From Basidiobolus meristosporus CBS 931.73 (taxonomy: Eukaryota > Fungi > Basidiobolomycota), in the NCBI GenBank assembly GCA_002104905.1, contig MCFE01000185.1, positions 62,001 to 126,000 on the forward strand: 64,000 nucleotides of DNA. Reading direction: 5' to 3'. This document shows, one piece after another, positions 1-12,999 of this stretch. Position 1 is the first letter of the stretch. Each line of letters begins with the position of its first letter. Made by a program: the position numbers and the translations under genes. The notes below the pieces were generated by a model, which saw only the letters and a list, made by a program, of their open reading frames with translations, ran no database searches and was not told the DNA's origin.

Positions 1-2201
1 GCAGACATATCTGATGTATTTGATGGCAAACATTACAAACAGCTAAGCAGTAAGGATACTTTGAAGGTATGTATAGCCATGCCTTTGCTTTAGCACTTGA
101 TGGATTCTCATTAAACAAGTACTCTACTACCAAATCCTGCTGGCCACTAATTCTCATCAATTGCCAGTGGGATAACAGTTTTGTATGCTTTCCAACAGGA
201 CAACAGTAAATGGCTGTCATATAAAAGCACATATTATTATCTGCAATGGAGATACCCCAGCCATCAGCAAGATAGCAGGTTTTTCCGGGCACAATGGACG
301 GTATTGCTGTCAAATGTATGAGATCCAGGGGATTTACTCCATACCTCATACACAGTATCATTACCCAGACACCAGCACTAAGAATATCATCTTTTCATAG
401 AGAATGTAAAGAAGTAAGCATGCAATTGCAGCAAAGTTTGCAAGCTATAAGCTGTTGGCCAGAATATGTAATTATTTTGAAACCAGAGATACTTAAGATA
501 GAGGGTATCTGATGGAGCAATAGTTTTCCACTGGGAGCAATGTACTTGCCTTTCAACAATATCTCTATACCATTGACTAAGTTGTACATGGGGCATTTCA
601 AGCTAAGTGAGCCCTTCAAGGTACCTGAGAAATTTGGAAGAATTGGCAAGAAATTCCAGAGTATCCACTACTCTAAGCACCTCCCATGGGCTCCAATTAA
701 TGTTCATATCCATATGCAACAATACAAATGCAAAGACCGGATGAACTGGACATGTATTTATTCAAGTGGTGTTTGGAAACCATTCCTACCAAGATTACAT
801 TGGAAGCATTGGGAGTCATATGTGAACATTGTAGAAATATTTATCCAGAAGTGGATCACCAATGCTAACTTGACACATCTACAGCTGTTGTGTGAGGAGT
901 TTGTAACAGGATTTGAGCAGCTATACTACAAACCTAAAGCTGAGTGCAAAGATCTCTGCCACTACTGTATCCACTCTCAACTCCATCTTGCATGGTGTGC
1001 AGAGACTATTGGACCTTGCTTCACCTTTTGGGAGTTTTGTATGGGACAGAAGTGTGGGGAGATAGGAAGACAAGTCAAGTTGCAGGTACTACAATATCCC
1101 AACCTCATCAAAAATATTACCTTCAAGTCCATCATGGATGTGATGAGTTGGCATATGGAGGACAGCCAGAAAGAGTAGGAAAATACTCAGGACAAATGTG
1201 CACAAGGAGACACCTATGCCTATGGCATCAAGAAGCTAAGCGGCCCTGATGCGTGGGTAATCAGTCAAGTAATGCAAAGTTGGGTTGGGTGCAACAAGCA
1301 ACTGATTTTATCAGGAAAGCTCTACCAAGATATGCCAGCTTTCTCATGTTCACAAGCCAACTTCTACACCATTTGATATAGATCTCACACAAACAAAAGC
1401 CAGAGCACACTTATAAGGGGGACTAGAATCCAGCAGGGAGAAGGAATATATATGCTAAGTAACCAGAAATTCTTTGCAGATATTCACAAGGTATTCATGG
1501 TAGAAGTTGCAACAAGCAAGCATATGCTTGCAGATGCATATGTTACCAGCAGTACAAGGTATTTGGCAACTTTGCAAGTATTGCAGCAAAAAGCCATAAA
1601 GTTGAGGTGATAGAGGTATGTCAATTGTGGCAAGTATGCATGTTAGTGGAGGTTAGTAAGCAGGAGGCCATAGTTTTTTTTGATTCAGACTATATGTGGA
1701 ATACTCAAGGTAGTAGTGGGTAAGCAAATAAAGAGGGGTGATTCTACACTGGAATATATGAATTGCACAAGGAGAGGTAGAAAATGGAAATACCACTTGG
1801 CAAAATGGTACAGTAGCATTATACAGAACCAGCAGTAGGCCGCCATACTACCAATATAATGCCATAAGAGTCTTGCTATGAGGCTGTCAGAGTACCATCA
1901 AGCTTCTTGCCATACAAAGTAATTGGATGTCCTGGCCAACTGGATCCACTTAACATAGCTATAGAGTTCTAAAAGACCACAACAATACCATGCAAATATT
2001 GCCACAGCACCAATAAAATATTGTCAAGTTTTATCCCTTTATTTTATTGTAAAATTAGCAAAACACTGTCATGATACTGTTATTAGATTGTTAGCAGGGT
2101 CACTAATTCTTAGATGCTGGTATTATGATGGTCTCTTAATGGGATCCTGACGGCTGATCTGGATTGACTCCACCTGTGGGACCAAATTATTTTTCATAGG
2201 G
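1..2201 (+). mobile_element. Decayed EnSpm/CACTA-type DNA transposon (Tnp2-family transposase), 3' part, ending in a terminal inverted repeat
   Basis: Broken frames give DVFDGKHYKQL, ALALDGF..CWPLILIN, GDTPAISKIAGFSGHNGRYCC and LAWCAETIGPCFTFWEFCMGQKCG, which are fungal Tnp2/CACTA transposase motifs. Terminus ATTTTTCATAGGG at 2189-2201. Confidence 0.75.
2189..2201. repeat. Putative TIR of the CACTA-like family (reverse complement CCCTATGAAAAAT)
   Basis: Identical 13-mer also at 32464-32476; lies downstream of the transposase 3' region. Confidence 0.55.
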
Positions 2202-2209
2202 AAAAAATG

Positions 2210-2620
2210 CTGGCTATTTTACTGATGGCTGGGGCATCACTAACTCAGATAATACTATGCCCTTAATATGATGGTCATATAGTAATATCCAGCTGAAGAG
2301 CATACATGCTTCATCCAGCAATAGATATAGGTAGCAGTACAGGTTAACAGTGATTTAGGCCCAGATACCAGAGAGACTATTATCAGATTTCTGCTCTGAC
2401 ACCATACAATTGGCCACAGATTCAGGTTGATGAGAATGAATGGCCAGCAGGATTTGCTTGTAGAGTACTTGCCTGATGAGAATCCATAAAGTACCAAGGC
2501 AAAAGAATGTTTATACATATCTTCAAAGTAGCCCTTGCTTCTTAGTTGTTATAATGTGTGCCATTGAATATACTGAAAATGCTTCTGCTCAACTGAGTCT
2601 GAGTAGATATCAATGGCACT
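2210..2620 (-). mobile_element. CACTA/Tnp2 transposase fragment
   Basis: ORF 2255-2518 SFALVLYGF..SCWPFILINLNL..LVSGPK; nucleotide match to 6970-7300. Confidence 0.75.
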
Positions 2621-2649
2621 TCAGTGACTGACAAATAACTAAGTATGAC

Positions 2650-2920
2650 TTTTATGTTAAAATGCTGCCTGTGATCCATGTAATACTACCCATGTGGTCT
2701 GTGTGCTTCATTGCTGAGAGGCTTGTCACAATGGCCATATGGACTTTTTTCTCTTCTCTTACAGCATTGAGTCAAAGTTGTCTTTTCCACAGGGCAAACC
2801 AATTGACGTTCAATAATACAATGCTATTAAATCACTTTTTTTCAATACTAATGTTAATTTAAGAAAGTTTTGTGTATCCAACATTGCACCTACATGAATA
2901 TAAGACTGATTTAAATCCTT
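2650..2920 (-). repeat. Dispersed repeat, decayed unidentified ORF (second copy 14220-14490)
   Basis: Both copies read EKK.NSI.LL.V..A.W.R.L..N..REEKK.H.AIVT on the minus strand. Confidence 0.55.
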
Positions 2921-3584
2921 CTACTCAAGCTATGTAAGCTTGATCCAACTTTCCTGAACTGGCTCAAGTGCACTCAAGTTTTTCCACTCAAATCATGACA
3001 AGATATGTACATAGTCATGATTCAAGATAGTGTAACCATGTTTTCAAGCACAAAGCTCATTTCCTGATTTATAACTGGCTCTCAGATGATGATCATCTGC
3101 TGAGCTTGGCATAAACAGGAAATAGGGTATCTTGGCTAAAGCTATCCTAAAGGCTTGTCCTAGGCAAACAAACATACTACCAGTTACAGCTGCAGCTCTG
3201 GAATTAAATAATGAGGTATTGAACTGTTTGTTTTCATTCTACAACTGAAAACTGCTTCACAATTGACACCTTCACAGCAGCATAGTTATTCTGGTACCTA
3301 ATGTGAGTCATCAAATAGCTACCATTGGCGACAAGCCTTATGATCTGCTGCTTGAATATATAAGTTGGAGCAGTTTCCAGTGGGATCAGTCAGTTCTATA
3401 TCAAGTCTATGATAATACCAATGCTAACTATCAAGTCTGTAGTATCAGTCATTAGAAGCCTTGGCAGATCCTTATCAGCAAGAAGTTAATCTATAAAGTA
3501 TGATCTGATTGTGTGATGATGATGCTGTTAAACAACACACCTCCAACAACTCTTATAAGAAATATGATTAGTCAGCATTAGACG

Positions 3585-3780
3585 CTATAGTGTGCCAGGG
3601 AGGTTAAGTGAGCCTATTCTTGGACACAGAGTGAAACATAGCTCTTCATCTTTGTGCAAAGCAGCCCCTTTGTTTTACTCATTATGCTGGTGAAAATCCA
3701 TTCTTTGACCTTTTTTTGGGATCAATGTTGTGCAGGATGTGCAAGAGAACAGAAGGACTGAAACATGCATCTGGTATTCA
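3585..3780. repeat. Fragment of one arm of the foldback element
   Basis: Aligns to 20225-20430 and to the reverse complement of 20640-20850. Confidence 0.7.
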
Positions 3781-3949
3781 TCCTGCTGATCTACTGTTAT
3801 AGCTCTACAGACCACTGTTCTACATACTCCACAGCAAAATGGAGTAGAAGAACATGCAAATAAAAGAATAGTAGAGATGGGAATACCTGTGATAGATGAT
3901 AAGTGAAAGGACTGCACATTTTGAGCTGAAATTGTTGCTACCCTGTAAT

Positions 3950-6256
3950 ACATTAGGGACTAGAAGTCTAACAGCAGCACTACATGATTCTACACCCTTT
4001 CAAGCATATTTATGCAAAAAACCAGACCTCCAGTCCCTTGGGATCTTTGGTAGCAGTGACCTTTATTGCATCCCAGACAAAAATGGCTCAAAGCTGGAAC
4101 CAAAGAGTAGAAAAGGAAACTCTCTTGGGTATTGTGAAGATACTAAAGGCTACAGAGTGTGTAATGGCAAAAATCAGAAGCTGATCAAGAGCAGGGATGT
4201 TGTATTTGAGGAGAGTTCAGATCAGCAAATCACTAATAATATTGGCTAGTTGCCAGATGATGCAATCAACACTAATGAAGAAGATATAGATCTAATTCAG
4301 TCAGATACAGATGATAATTATATCAGGTCCAGATCAGTGCAGATTATTACAGCCTCAAGGTCTAGAGGCTACAATGTGGCAACAAGCCATGCAGGAGAAG
4401 TTCCAATCACTGATCAAGGCAAAAATGTGGGAACTAGTAGATTTACCAAGTGGGAGAAAGCCAATAGGATGTAGATGGGTCTACAAGATCAAGATAACCT
4501 CAACTGAAACCAGTGATAAGTACAAGGCTAGATTGGTGGCTAAAGGCTATTCCCAGATCCCAAGACTAGACTCTAAGAAATCATTTGATCTGGTTGCCAG
4601 TTCAACTCCATTAGGACAGTTCTAGCCCTGGCATCTGTACACAGTCTAGATCTACGCCAAATGGACGTCAAAATAGCCTTTGTAAATGGTGATTTTCAAG
4701 AAACTATATATATATGGAGTTACCAGAAGTTTACCAATCCAAAAGGCCCCCATAAGGTGTGCAGACTCACAGAATTGTTATTTGGGCTTAAGCAGGCACC
4801 TAGAGCATGATATAACAAGATTGACACATATCTAGAGGAGATTCAGTTCTTTTGTAGCACTGCAGATCACAGTATATGTGTGAAGCAGCTCAAAAAGGGT
4901 TCAATCATCCAAGTTCTTTATGTAGACAAGCTATAATAGCTACAAGTGACTACAAGGCACTAAAACCAACAAAATTGGATATCTTCAGCAGGCTTGAGAT
5001 GAAAGATCTTGGAAATTTGAGCTATTTTCTTGGAATTGGAGTCAGATTTGACATACCTACACAGTAAAGTCTGCTAATTAAGTTAATATACATCAGCAAC
5101 AGTCTTAGATGCATCAAAATCAAAAATTACAAGTCTGCAGCTACTCAATTGCAAATTATCTAGAATCAAGCAAATCTCAGCCGGTTTTAGGTCAAAACAG
5201 CACAAATATGGACCCCAACTTTCCCTATCAATCAATAGTTGGTAGCCAGATGTATTTGATTGTGTCTAAATGTGCAGAAGCTGCAGTGGCAGTTGGAATA
5301 GTCAGTCAATGTATGCAGAATAATGTATCAGACTAAATTTCAGAAGTTAAGCGGATTTTCAGATATTTAAAGGCACCATGAATATGGCACTGGAATACTC
5401 TGATGCAGCTAATGGGCAAAATTTGATGGTTATAGTGATTTGGACTGGGGTAGGGATCTGATTGACAGATGCTCTACCACTGGGTATGTATTTCTTTATG
5501 CTGGTGCTGCTATTACTTGGAATTACATAAAAGAACCAACTGTGGCCCTATCTAAAGCTCAAGCTGAATATACGGCTCCTTACCAAGCAATATGGCTACA
5601 GAAATTACTAAAAGAGTTAGGCTTCAATTCAGATGAACCAACATGTGTTTACAAAGATAACAAAAGTTGCAATTCATTGGCTAGTAATCCTACTAATCAT
5701 GCCAGAACTAAGCACATAGATGCACAACACCACTTTGCAAGGAAAGCTGTAGAAAATAACTTAGTAGAGTTAGTTTACTGTCCAACCAAGAAAATAGTGG
5801 CAAATTTATTGACAGAACCACTAGCTAGACCGCAACTTGAGATTCTTGGAGAGGAATTAGGACTAAGATACTATTTGGTTGAGAGGAGTGCTGACCTAAT
5901 GAAGTATTAGGTATCATTTAACAGCTAAAAATTTTCTTACAATTCTAGACTAGTTTGAGTCACTTTGCGCCTAATTTGCTGCTCCAACTATGCCAGTTTC
6001 TACAGATCTACAATCCTATGATTATTCTTTAATAGTCAAGATCAAATTACCACTTTTACCTGGCATTATCTACTAACCCTAAAATTGTTACAGAATGCTC
6101 CTGAATGTTAAGAAACCCTCCTTACTTGGTGTTACCGCTGTATTACTTCTACAAAGGTATAAATACTTATCCTCTTCAAGAATAAAGCACAGTTCAGCTA
6201 TTATCACTACTTCTTGATAAGTTCCTTGTATCCAAATCCCTTCTTAAATTGCAACA
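3950..6256 (+). mobile_element. 5'-truncated, decayed Ty1/copia retrotransposon (family A): SH3-like/integrase end, RT, RNase H, PPT, 3' LTR
   Basis: SKLEPKSRKGNSLGYCEDTKGYRV; WELVDLPSGRKPIGCRWVYKIK..YKARLVAKGYSQ; DWGRDLIDRCSTTGYVF; HARTKHID; PPT GAGAGGAG 5881-5888. Confidence 0.9.
5889..6256 (+). repeat. 3' LTR of copia family A (368 bp)
   Basis: TGCTG...CAACA ends, directly after the PPT; homologous to 13372-13740. Confidence 0.85.
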
Positions 6257-6269
6257 TATAGGAGTAGAG

Positions 6270-8090
6270 ATCAGATACTCTTGTGGCAGAAATTTGCATA
6301 TTGATGTATATGTTTGAAGTGTAGCTGCACATATCCAGTCACAAGCTTCTTCAACAAAATCCCAAAAGGCATCAAGTTTGCCTTGGCAATCTGCTCTTGA
6401 TAAAAATGGCTACAATCTCCACATATGACTTCCAATGCTTTCAATATACTTTTGGTAGAAATGGCTTCTGAAGCCCACCAGAATAAATACTTATCCAGTT
6501 CATGCAGTCCCTGCACATTTACTGTTGTATATATATATGAGCATGGATTGGAGCTGGTGAGAAGTACTTAAGATAGGGGGTATTAAGTAATATGTGGTCA
6601 ATTCTTTCAAATTTCTCCTGCATCTTGAAGGGAATGCTTAGCTAAGAATGTCCCCTGTACAACTTGGTCATCAGTACAGGGATATTGTTGAAAAGCAAAT
6701 GCATTGGTCCTGGTGGAAAGATTTTGCTCCAACAAGTACTCTTTATCTTAAGTATTGCCAGTTTGTGGCTAATTTCATATTCTGGCCAATAGTATATAGC
6801 TTGCCAACTTTGCTTCAATTACATGCTTATTCTGTAAGTTCACTCTGCAGGAAGATAATGTTCTTAGTGTTGATGTTGGGCTAATGATAATATGTGTGGG
6901 TTATGGAGTGAATCCCGGGGATCTTAGAAATTTGACAGCGGCACCTTCTAATGTGCCAGTACAAGCTAACTATCTTGCTGATGGCTGGGGTATCTCCAAT
7001 GCAGATAGAAGTTAGTAATATGCGCTCTGACATGATGGTCACTTACTGTTATCCCACTGAAAAGCTTACTCTATTCATCCAGCTATGGATACAAGTAGCT
7101 ATCCAGGTTGGACAGTGATTTAGGCCCAGATACCATTGAGACTACCATAGGATCTCTGCTCTGATACTATAAGATAGGCTGCAGATTGAGGCTCATAGGA
7201 ATGAATGGCTGGTGGGACTTGCTGCTAAAATACTTGTCTAATGAGAATATATCAAGTGCCAATGCAAGGGAATGGTCATATATATGTTATCAATAGCCCT
7301 TGCTTCTTAACTGCTTGTAGTGCTTGCCGTCAAGTATATTGGGTATGGTTGCACTTGATTGATACAGAGTATGGTACTTTATGGATTCACAATATGTATT
7401 GGACTGCATACTCTTCTTTGAATTGAGCAATATCAGGATATACCTGGATGGGAACAATGATATCCTCAGATGGTGGAGGATTCCTGGCAAGTTGGACACC
7501 TTGCTATGGTGTCATTCTCTGATGTGCGTGTCATGCAACTGTAAGAACATGCTGGAATCAGGATAGTCTCTGAGTCATATGTTGCTAGCCGCATGATAGT
7601 TGTCCATTTGTACCATGTATCTGAAAAGCTGCATCTTGGATTGATTTTGGCAAGAAGTAGTAATAAATCCTTAAAACCTCATTACTGATATTAGTGGAAA
7701 TGTGCCACTTCTCTAGCCACAACATCACATCATTTGCCAGTAGTTGGATTACTGGGCTCACTTGATACCTGAAGATATCTTCATCATTCTTTTGATAGGT
7801 GTTGTCTCATTGCATACTGGGATATGGCCAGGCTCATGCAGGGTTCCTTTGGGCTCAACTTCTTTTCCTGTTACTTTATTCCAAAGCTTCCTTTGCTTGA
7901 GGTAGATCTACATCCTGTTTCTTCAAAGTCTGTAGTTTCTCTCATCAAACCTCCACTATACTGGGAAGATGCTCATTTAGTTCTGTTTACTGGTAGATGT
8001 CACCTTCAGAATTGACTAAGACAACTGGGCCTCATAACCTGCTGCAATTTAGGAAGTAATTTTGATATAAGAAACCTAACAAGAAATAGC
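6270..8090 (-). mobile_element. Decayed CACTA/Tnp2 copy
   Basis: NILDGKHYKQLRSKGY (7290-7499); nucleotide homology to 1-650, 2210-2620 and 13000-14000. Confidence 0.7.
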
Positions 8091-8129
8091 AATCATAGTT
8101 GAACTGCTGTTTATTCATAAAGAAGCTCA

Positions 8130-10270
8130 GTATTTATAGCTTTGTAGAAGTTATGCAACTGTGACACTGAGCAAGGAGGGTTTCTCAACATGCAGGAGCA
8201 TTTTGTGACAGCTTCAGGGTTAGTACATAATATATGGTATAAGTGCTAATTTGATCTTGACTATAGGTGAGGAGTCATGGGATCATAGCTCAGCAGAAAG
8301 TGGCAGTGTTAGGGCTGTAATTTAGTCCTACAGTGACCACAACTAGTCCTGAATTTTTAAGTAAATTTTTAGCTACTGAATGACACCAAATAGTCCAATA
8401 TTTCAGCAGCAACTTCTTATTCACTGGCTAGAGTTACAGCTTTAGCAACTGGCCATTTGGTGTTATGGTCAATTGCTACTATGATCCAGCAGTCACATTT
8501 TCTGGTGGCTGGCAGTCTTCTAATAAAGTCAACTTCCTATCTCTCAATTGGTCTTGTAGGCTCCAAAGGAAAGAGTTCAGCAATTCTCTATGGTTGTCCT
8601 TGATGGATTTGTCAATTTGGGCATGTTCTCACTAGCTTCTCAGGATCTTCTTTCACTCAGGTTCATCATGCTCTAGCTCTTACAAGGCTATACATTCCCT
8701 CAGCTCCAATATGTCCATATCCATTGTGCAGCTTATGTATTACATCCAGGCAAGCAACATAAAGGCAATAGGCAATAGGGGTAACATCAACAATTTGGTA
8801 GAGTGTTTCATCCTATATTACAAATTTGCTGACTTCATCCCAGATTATCTTCTTGATCACTCCATCCATCTCATTAGCAGAGGCTTGGACCTCCCAGTAC
8901 CTTGGTAATAAGCTAATCCAATCTGATTTATGCACTCAGTTGAGTTGTGCAACTTGTTCTAGTCTTGATAGGTATCAGCAACAGTGTTATTTTTGGCAAG
9001 GCAGTAGACAATCATCTAGTTAAATTGCTGAATGTATTTACTCCATCTTGCCATACTTCTGGAATAGAACCTTCTGAGTAAATATACACTTGAGTGAGGT
9101 GTTATCAGTCTTTGCAGTGCACTTGACTCCTTCAAAATTGCATCTCCATGTTTTCAAGCAGTGTATTATGGCAAGAATATCCTTTTCATGCACCTGATAG
9201 TCTTGTTCTGCTGAGTTCAGCTTCTTGGACTTAAAAGCAACTGAGTGGTCCTTTCCCTGATGTTTCTGGCTGAGTATTTCACCAATTGCATAGTCTGAAG
9301 CATATGTGTGCAGAGTAAACTCTTTTTGGAAGTATGAGCTTTTTAAGCTTGGCAGCTTAGCAAGTACATTCTTGAGCATTTGAAAGGCATTCTTGCAGGC
9401 TATGTCCCACTTCAAGGTGTTGTCTTTATTTAGGATATCAGTGGAGAAGGCTGCAATACTTGCAAAGGACCTTACAAATCTCCAATAATAGGAAACCATT
9501 CTAAGTAGTGATCTGAGCTTTGATATGCTACAGGGCTGCTTTGGATTCTTGATGACTACAGCCTTCTTGGGGTCTAAGGTCACTCCTGAGCTATTCGCTA
9601 TATGTCCCAGATATTCAATGTGCTCCCTCAACAATTCATACTTTGCTAGCTTACCATATAGCTTGCTCTTGCTTAGCTTCTTTAATGCCTTTTCAGTGTT
9701 CACTAAATGGTCCTTTTCTGCCTTGCTTTATACCAGTGTGTCTTATAGCTAGATTACCACAATTTTGTCTAATTACTCCTGAAAGACTGTTTCCATCAAG
9801 GTCAGCAATGTTGCAGGGGCATTAGTAGGCAAAAACTCATGACTTGGCACTTGTATATCTAAATCTGGCTCTGAATGCTGCCTTAGGGATGTCTGCTGGT
9901 TGTATCCTGGCATGGGGCCAATCTTGCTGAATATGGTAACTCCATTAAATTGGTCCACAAGCTTCTCACTCCAAGGTATAGGGTACATATTCTTGACAGT
10001 AACCAAGTAAAGAGCTCTGTAGTCAATGTACATCCTAGGCATTCCATCCTTCTTTTTTACTAAAATTACTGGTGCTCCCTAATGTGAACTGCTTAATCTG
10101 ATATATCCTTGCTCCTACAAATATTCTATTTCTTTCTTCATCTCTTCCAATTCTTATGGACTCAGTCTGTGAGGTGTCTTGCTCAATGGAGGGTCATCTG
10201 CTGTGTCAATGGCATGGTTCACTTTGCTGATTGATTGTAGGCTTACAAGCTCATCTGGATTCACATCTGC
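8130..10270 (-). mobile_element. Decayed Ty3/gypsy pol (RT, RNase H, integrase)
   Basis: MYIDYRAL..TVKNMYPIP; EYLGHI; ASDYAIGEILSQ..SKKLNSAEQDYQVHEKDILAIIHCLKTWR; integrase-like DHNTKWPVAKAV. Confidence 0.85.
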
Positions 10271-10319
10271 ATATTCCTTTAGAAGGGCCTAGACCTGCTT
10301 ACTGACCTCCACCTATGCA

Positions 10320-10550
10320 CACACTTGCTGCAATCAACACACTTCTATCACCTCAATTTACAGCTCTCTGGTTTGATACCTACAAAGTGGCCATATGCCT
10401 TGTGTAGTTGGCAACATATATATCTTGCAAAGATATGCTTGGTTGCTGCTACTTTTGCAATGAGTACCTCCTGAATATTTGCAAAGAACTTCTTGATATC
10501 TAACCAATATATTACTTCTACCTGCTGAGTTCTAATCCCACTTATAGGCA
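10320..10550 (-). mobile_element. CACTA transposase C-terminal fragment
   Basis: KKFFANIQEVLIAKVAATKHIFARYICC, matching 1460-1620 and 10970-11130. Confidence 0.65.
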
Positions 10551-10799
10551 TGCCCTGTGTCTTGTTTGTGGAAACTTCCTATTGAATGGAGTGGAAGTTG
10601 TCTTGTGACTAGCAGAAACCTGGCATACTTCAGTTGTACCTCAATTGCCAATTGTATTGACCTATACAAGTCTCTATACCCTACACTTACATTAAGCCCA
10701 ACACCACACTCAACAAGTAACTCCATTAATATCCAACACTCAATAAGTATCTTTGTTATAACACTCTGGTTCCACAACTTTGGCAGGAACCCAATGGCT

Positions 10800-11170
10800 T
10801 TATGCCACTGCTCATACACTGGTTCCCACTGTGTGTGGAGAATATTGGGCCTTACTTCACCTTTTGGGAGTTGCCTATGGAGCAGATGTGTGGGGAGATG
10901 GGAAGACAAGTCAAGTTGCAGGTACCACCATATCTCAATCTCATCAAGAATAATATCTTCAAGTCTGTCAAGAAGTTCTTTGCCAATATTCAGGAGGTAT
11001 TCATGGCAGAAGTGGCAACAACCAAGCATATGTTTGCAAGATGTATATGCTACCAGCAGTACAATGTATATGTCAACTTTGCAAGAATCACACTAAAAAG
11101 CCGTAAAGTTGAGGTGATAGAAGTATCTCAATTGCGGCAGGTGTGCTTAATTGATACTGAGTGTGGTACC
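10800..11170 (+). mobile_element. CACTA transposase C-terminal fragment
   Basis: IGPYFTFWELPMEQMCGEMGRQVKLQVPPYLNLIK, homologous to 1000-1130. Confidence 0.7.
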
Positions 11171-11348
11171 TTATAGCTACAAAGTATTTTTCAGACTGCA
11201 TGAGCTTCTTTAAATGGGGTATTACTGGAGTATATCTGGAGTCTGAACCATGTTTTACTCTAATGATGGTAGACTCCTGAGAAGTTGGATATCTTGTAAT
11301 TGTGGCATTTTCTGATGTGAATGCCATGCAACTGTTGACACATGCTGG

Positions 11349-12147
11349 TGTGGTAGGGTAAACATACCTCTAACAGACAAGCTTATTCATATAGCTATTA
11401 TGATACATTTATTCATATTTATCTTATCAATATTATCCCATACTTCTTTTGCCCATATTATCAGTATTATCCCATATGATGTTTACCCTCATTAGTTATT
11501 AGCATTAGTTATCCCAGATATTATTCAGCCTTGTGATCAGTATATGTATCTACATTAGGCATGTACCCATGTCACTAACTGTGATACATGACCTAAGTCT
11601 GTGCTACCATCTTACTATTTCAATACCATATATGGGATCTCTTTGCTACACAGGTTTCAGACTACTGATCCCTGATTGGTTGGATGTGCTGTGCCTTTTA
11701 GAACCCTCCAGGACCTTCTTGGAGTATTTTTAGCTCATAGTGATGTCATCAAGAATTCCACTGATGCCTGGGATCTTTTAGAACCTTGTCATTAGTAATC
11801 ACTTGGCAACCTAGAAAAGTATTTAAGGGAAGTCACTCCCTCATCAATGAACCATCCCTTCAATCAGTAACACATCTCCCTTATTGATTAGCAGTTGATA
11901 CTGCACCTGCCTTCAATGGTTACATCTCAAACCTGCCATCATGGAGTTTCAGGGTAGTGCACAAGACACAAAGAGGTCTTTGGAGACACTGGGAGCACTA
12001 AGGAAGCTAGAGAAGCAGGAGCTTTTACTATAGCTACATATTGACAAAGACACCAGCAGTTTAGACCCAGGGGTTATTGCTCCCATCAGACATCTCACAC
12101 ACCTGGAGTTGTGTAGCTTCTCCCAGGAGTACCTCTACACCACCACA
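11349..12147 (+). mobile_element. Solo LTR (~800 bp, probably gypsy-type) inserted in a CACTA remnant
   Basis: TGTGGT...ACCACA termini; host sequence resumes at 12148 (compare 7545-7600 and 13315-13370); homologous to the reverse complement of 15881-16950; TATA-like AAGTATTTAAGG near 11820. Confidence 0.7.
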
Positions 12148-12401
12148 CCAGTATCAGGACAGTCTCTGGGTCATATGTTGCCAGGCACATGATGATTATC
12201 TATTTGTACCATGTACATGATGAGTTGCATCTTGGAGTGATTGATGTAAGAAATTGAAGTATATACACAAAGTCCTCTAGGCTAATACTCGTGAAAGCAA
12301 GCCACTACTCTAGCTACAACATCACACCATTCACAAGTAAATAGATTACAGGGGTCAGTTAGCTTTACAAAGTATCCTCAACATTTTTTTCTACAGGATT
12401 A

Positions 12402-12505
12402 GACTTGTTCTTTTGGATAGTGCCACATTGAGTCATGAGTGCCATATAATGCCATATTGTGCCAGGAAGGCCAAGAGGACTTTCACTTGGTCACAGACTG
12501 TGATC
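12402..12505. repeat. Left terminus fragment of the foldback/Harbinger family
   Basis: TTA|GACTTGTTCTTTTGGATAGTGCC, matching 20169 and 31280. Confidence 0.7.
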
Positions 12506-12940
12506 TTTAGAGTAAAAGGGCTTCCTAGAAGAGACCTTCCCAACAGAAAAGTGGTAGTTTTCTTGCAGAACTTAGATTGTATTCTTTGAACATTGCAGTC
12601 TCTTTACTGATGTATTACTTATCAAATTCAGGATGCCTAACAGTGCATGTGATGCAAGGGAAGTCTTATACCTTTAAACTTGTAATTGTAGTGTGGAGAT
12701 TCTAGAAAGAGAGGCTCTCCATTCTTTTTCAGCTGGGGAAGTCAAATATATGAAAATTCTGAAGGATCTAGGCTCTTGGGCAGTTGCAAAAGTAATACAA
12801 GTGATACAAAATTAAAATCTTGTAGTGGAGCTGATTGGACATAGATGCAGCACCTGTGAAGATTGCATATGAGCTGATAGGCTAGTTCAAAAGATACATG
12901 CAGTCAAAGTCATCATAATAATCCTAGCAATAAAGGCATG
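12506..12940. repeat. Unclassified repeat, CpG-erased copy of 19010-19445
   Basis: Colinear alignment over ~430 bp. Confidence 0.85.
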
Positions 12941-12999
12941 TATAAGGAAACATAAGAAACTGAGTGCAATATAAGTTTTGAGATATTGTTTCAATGGAA

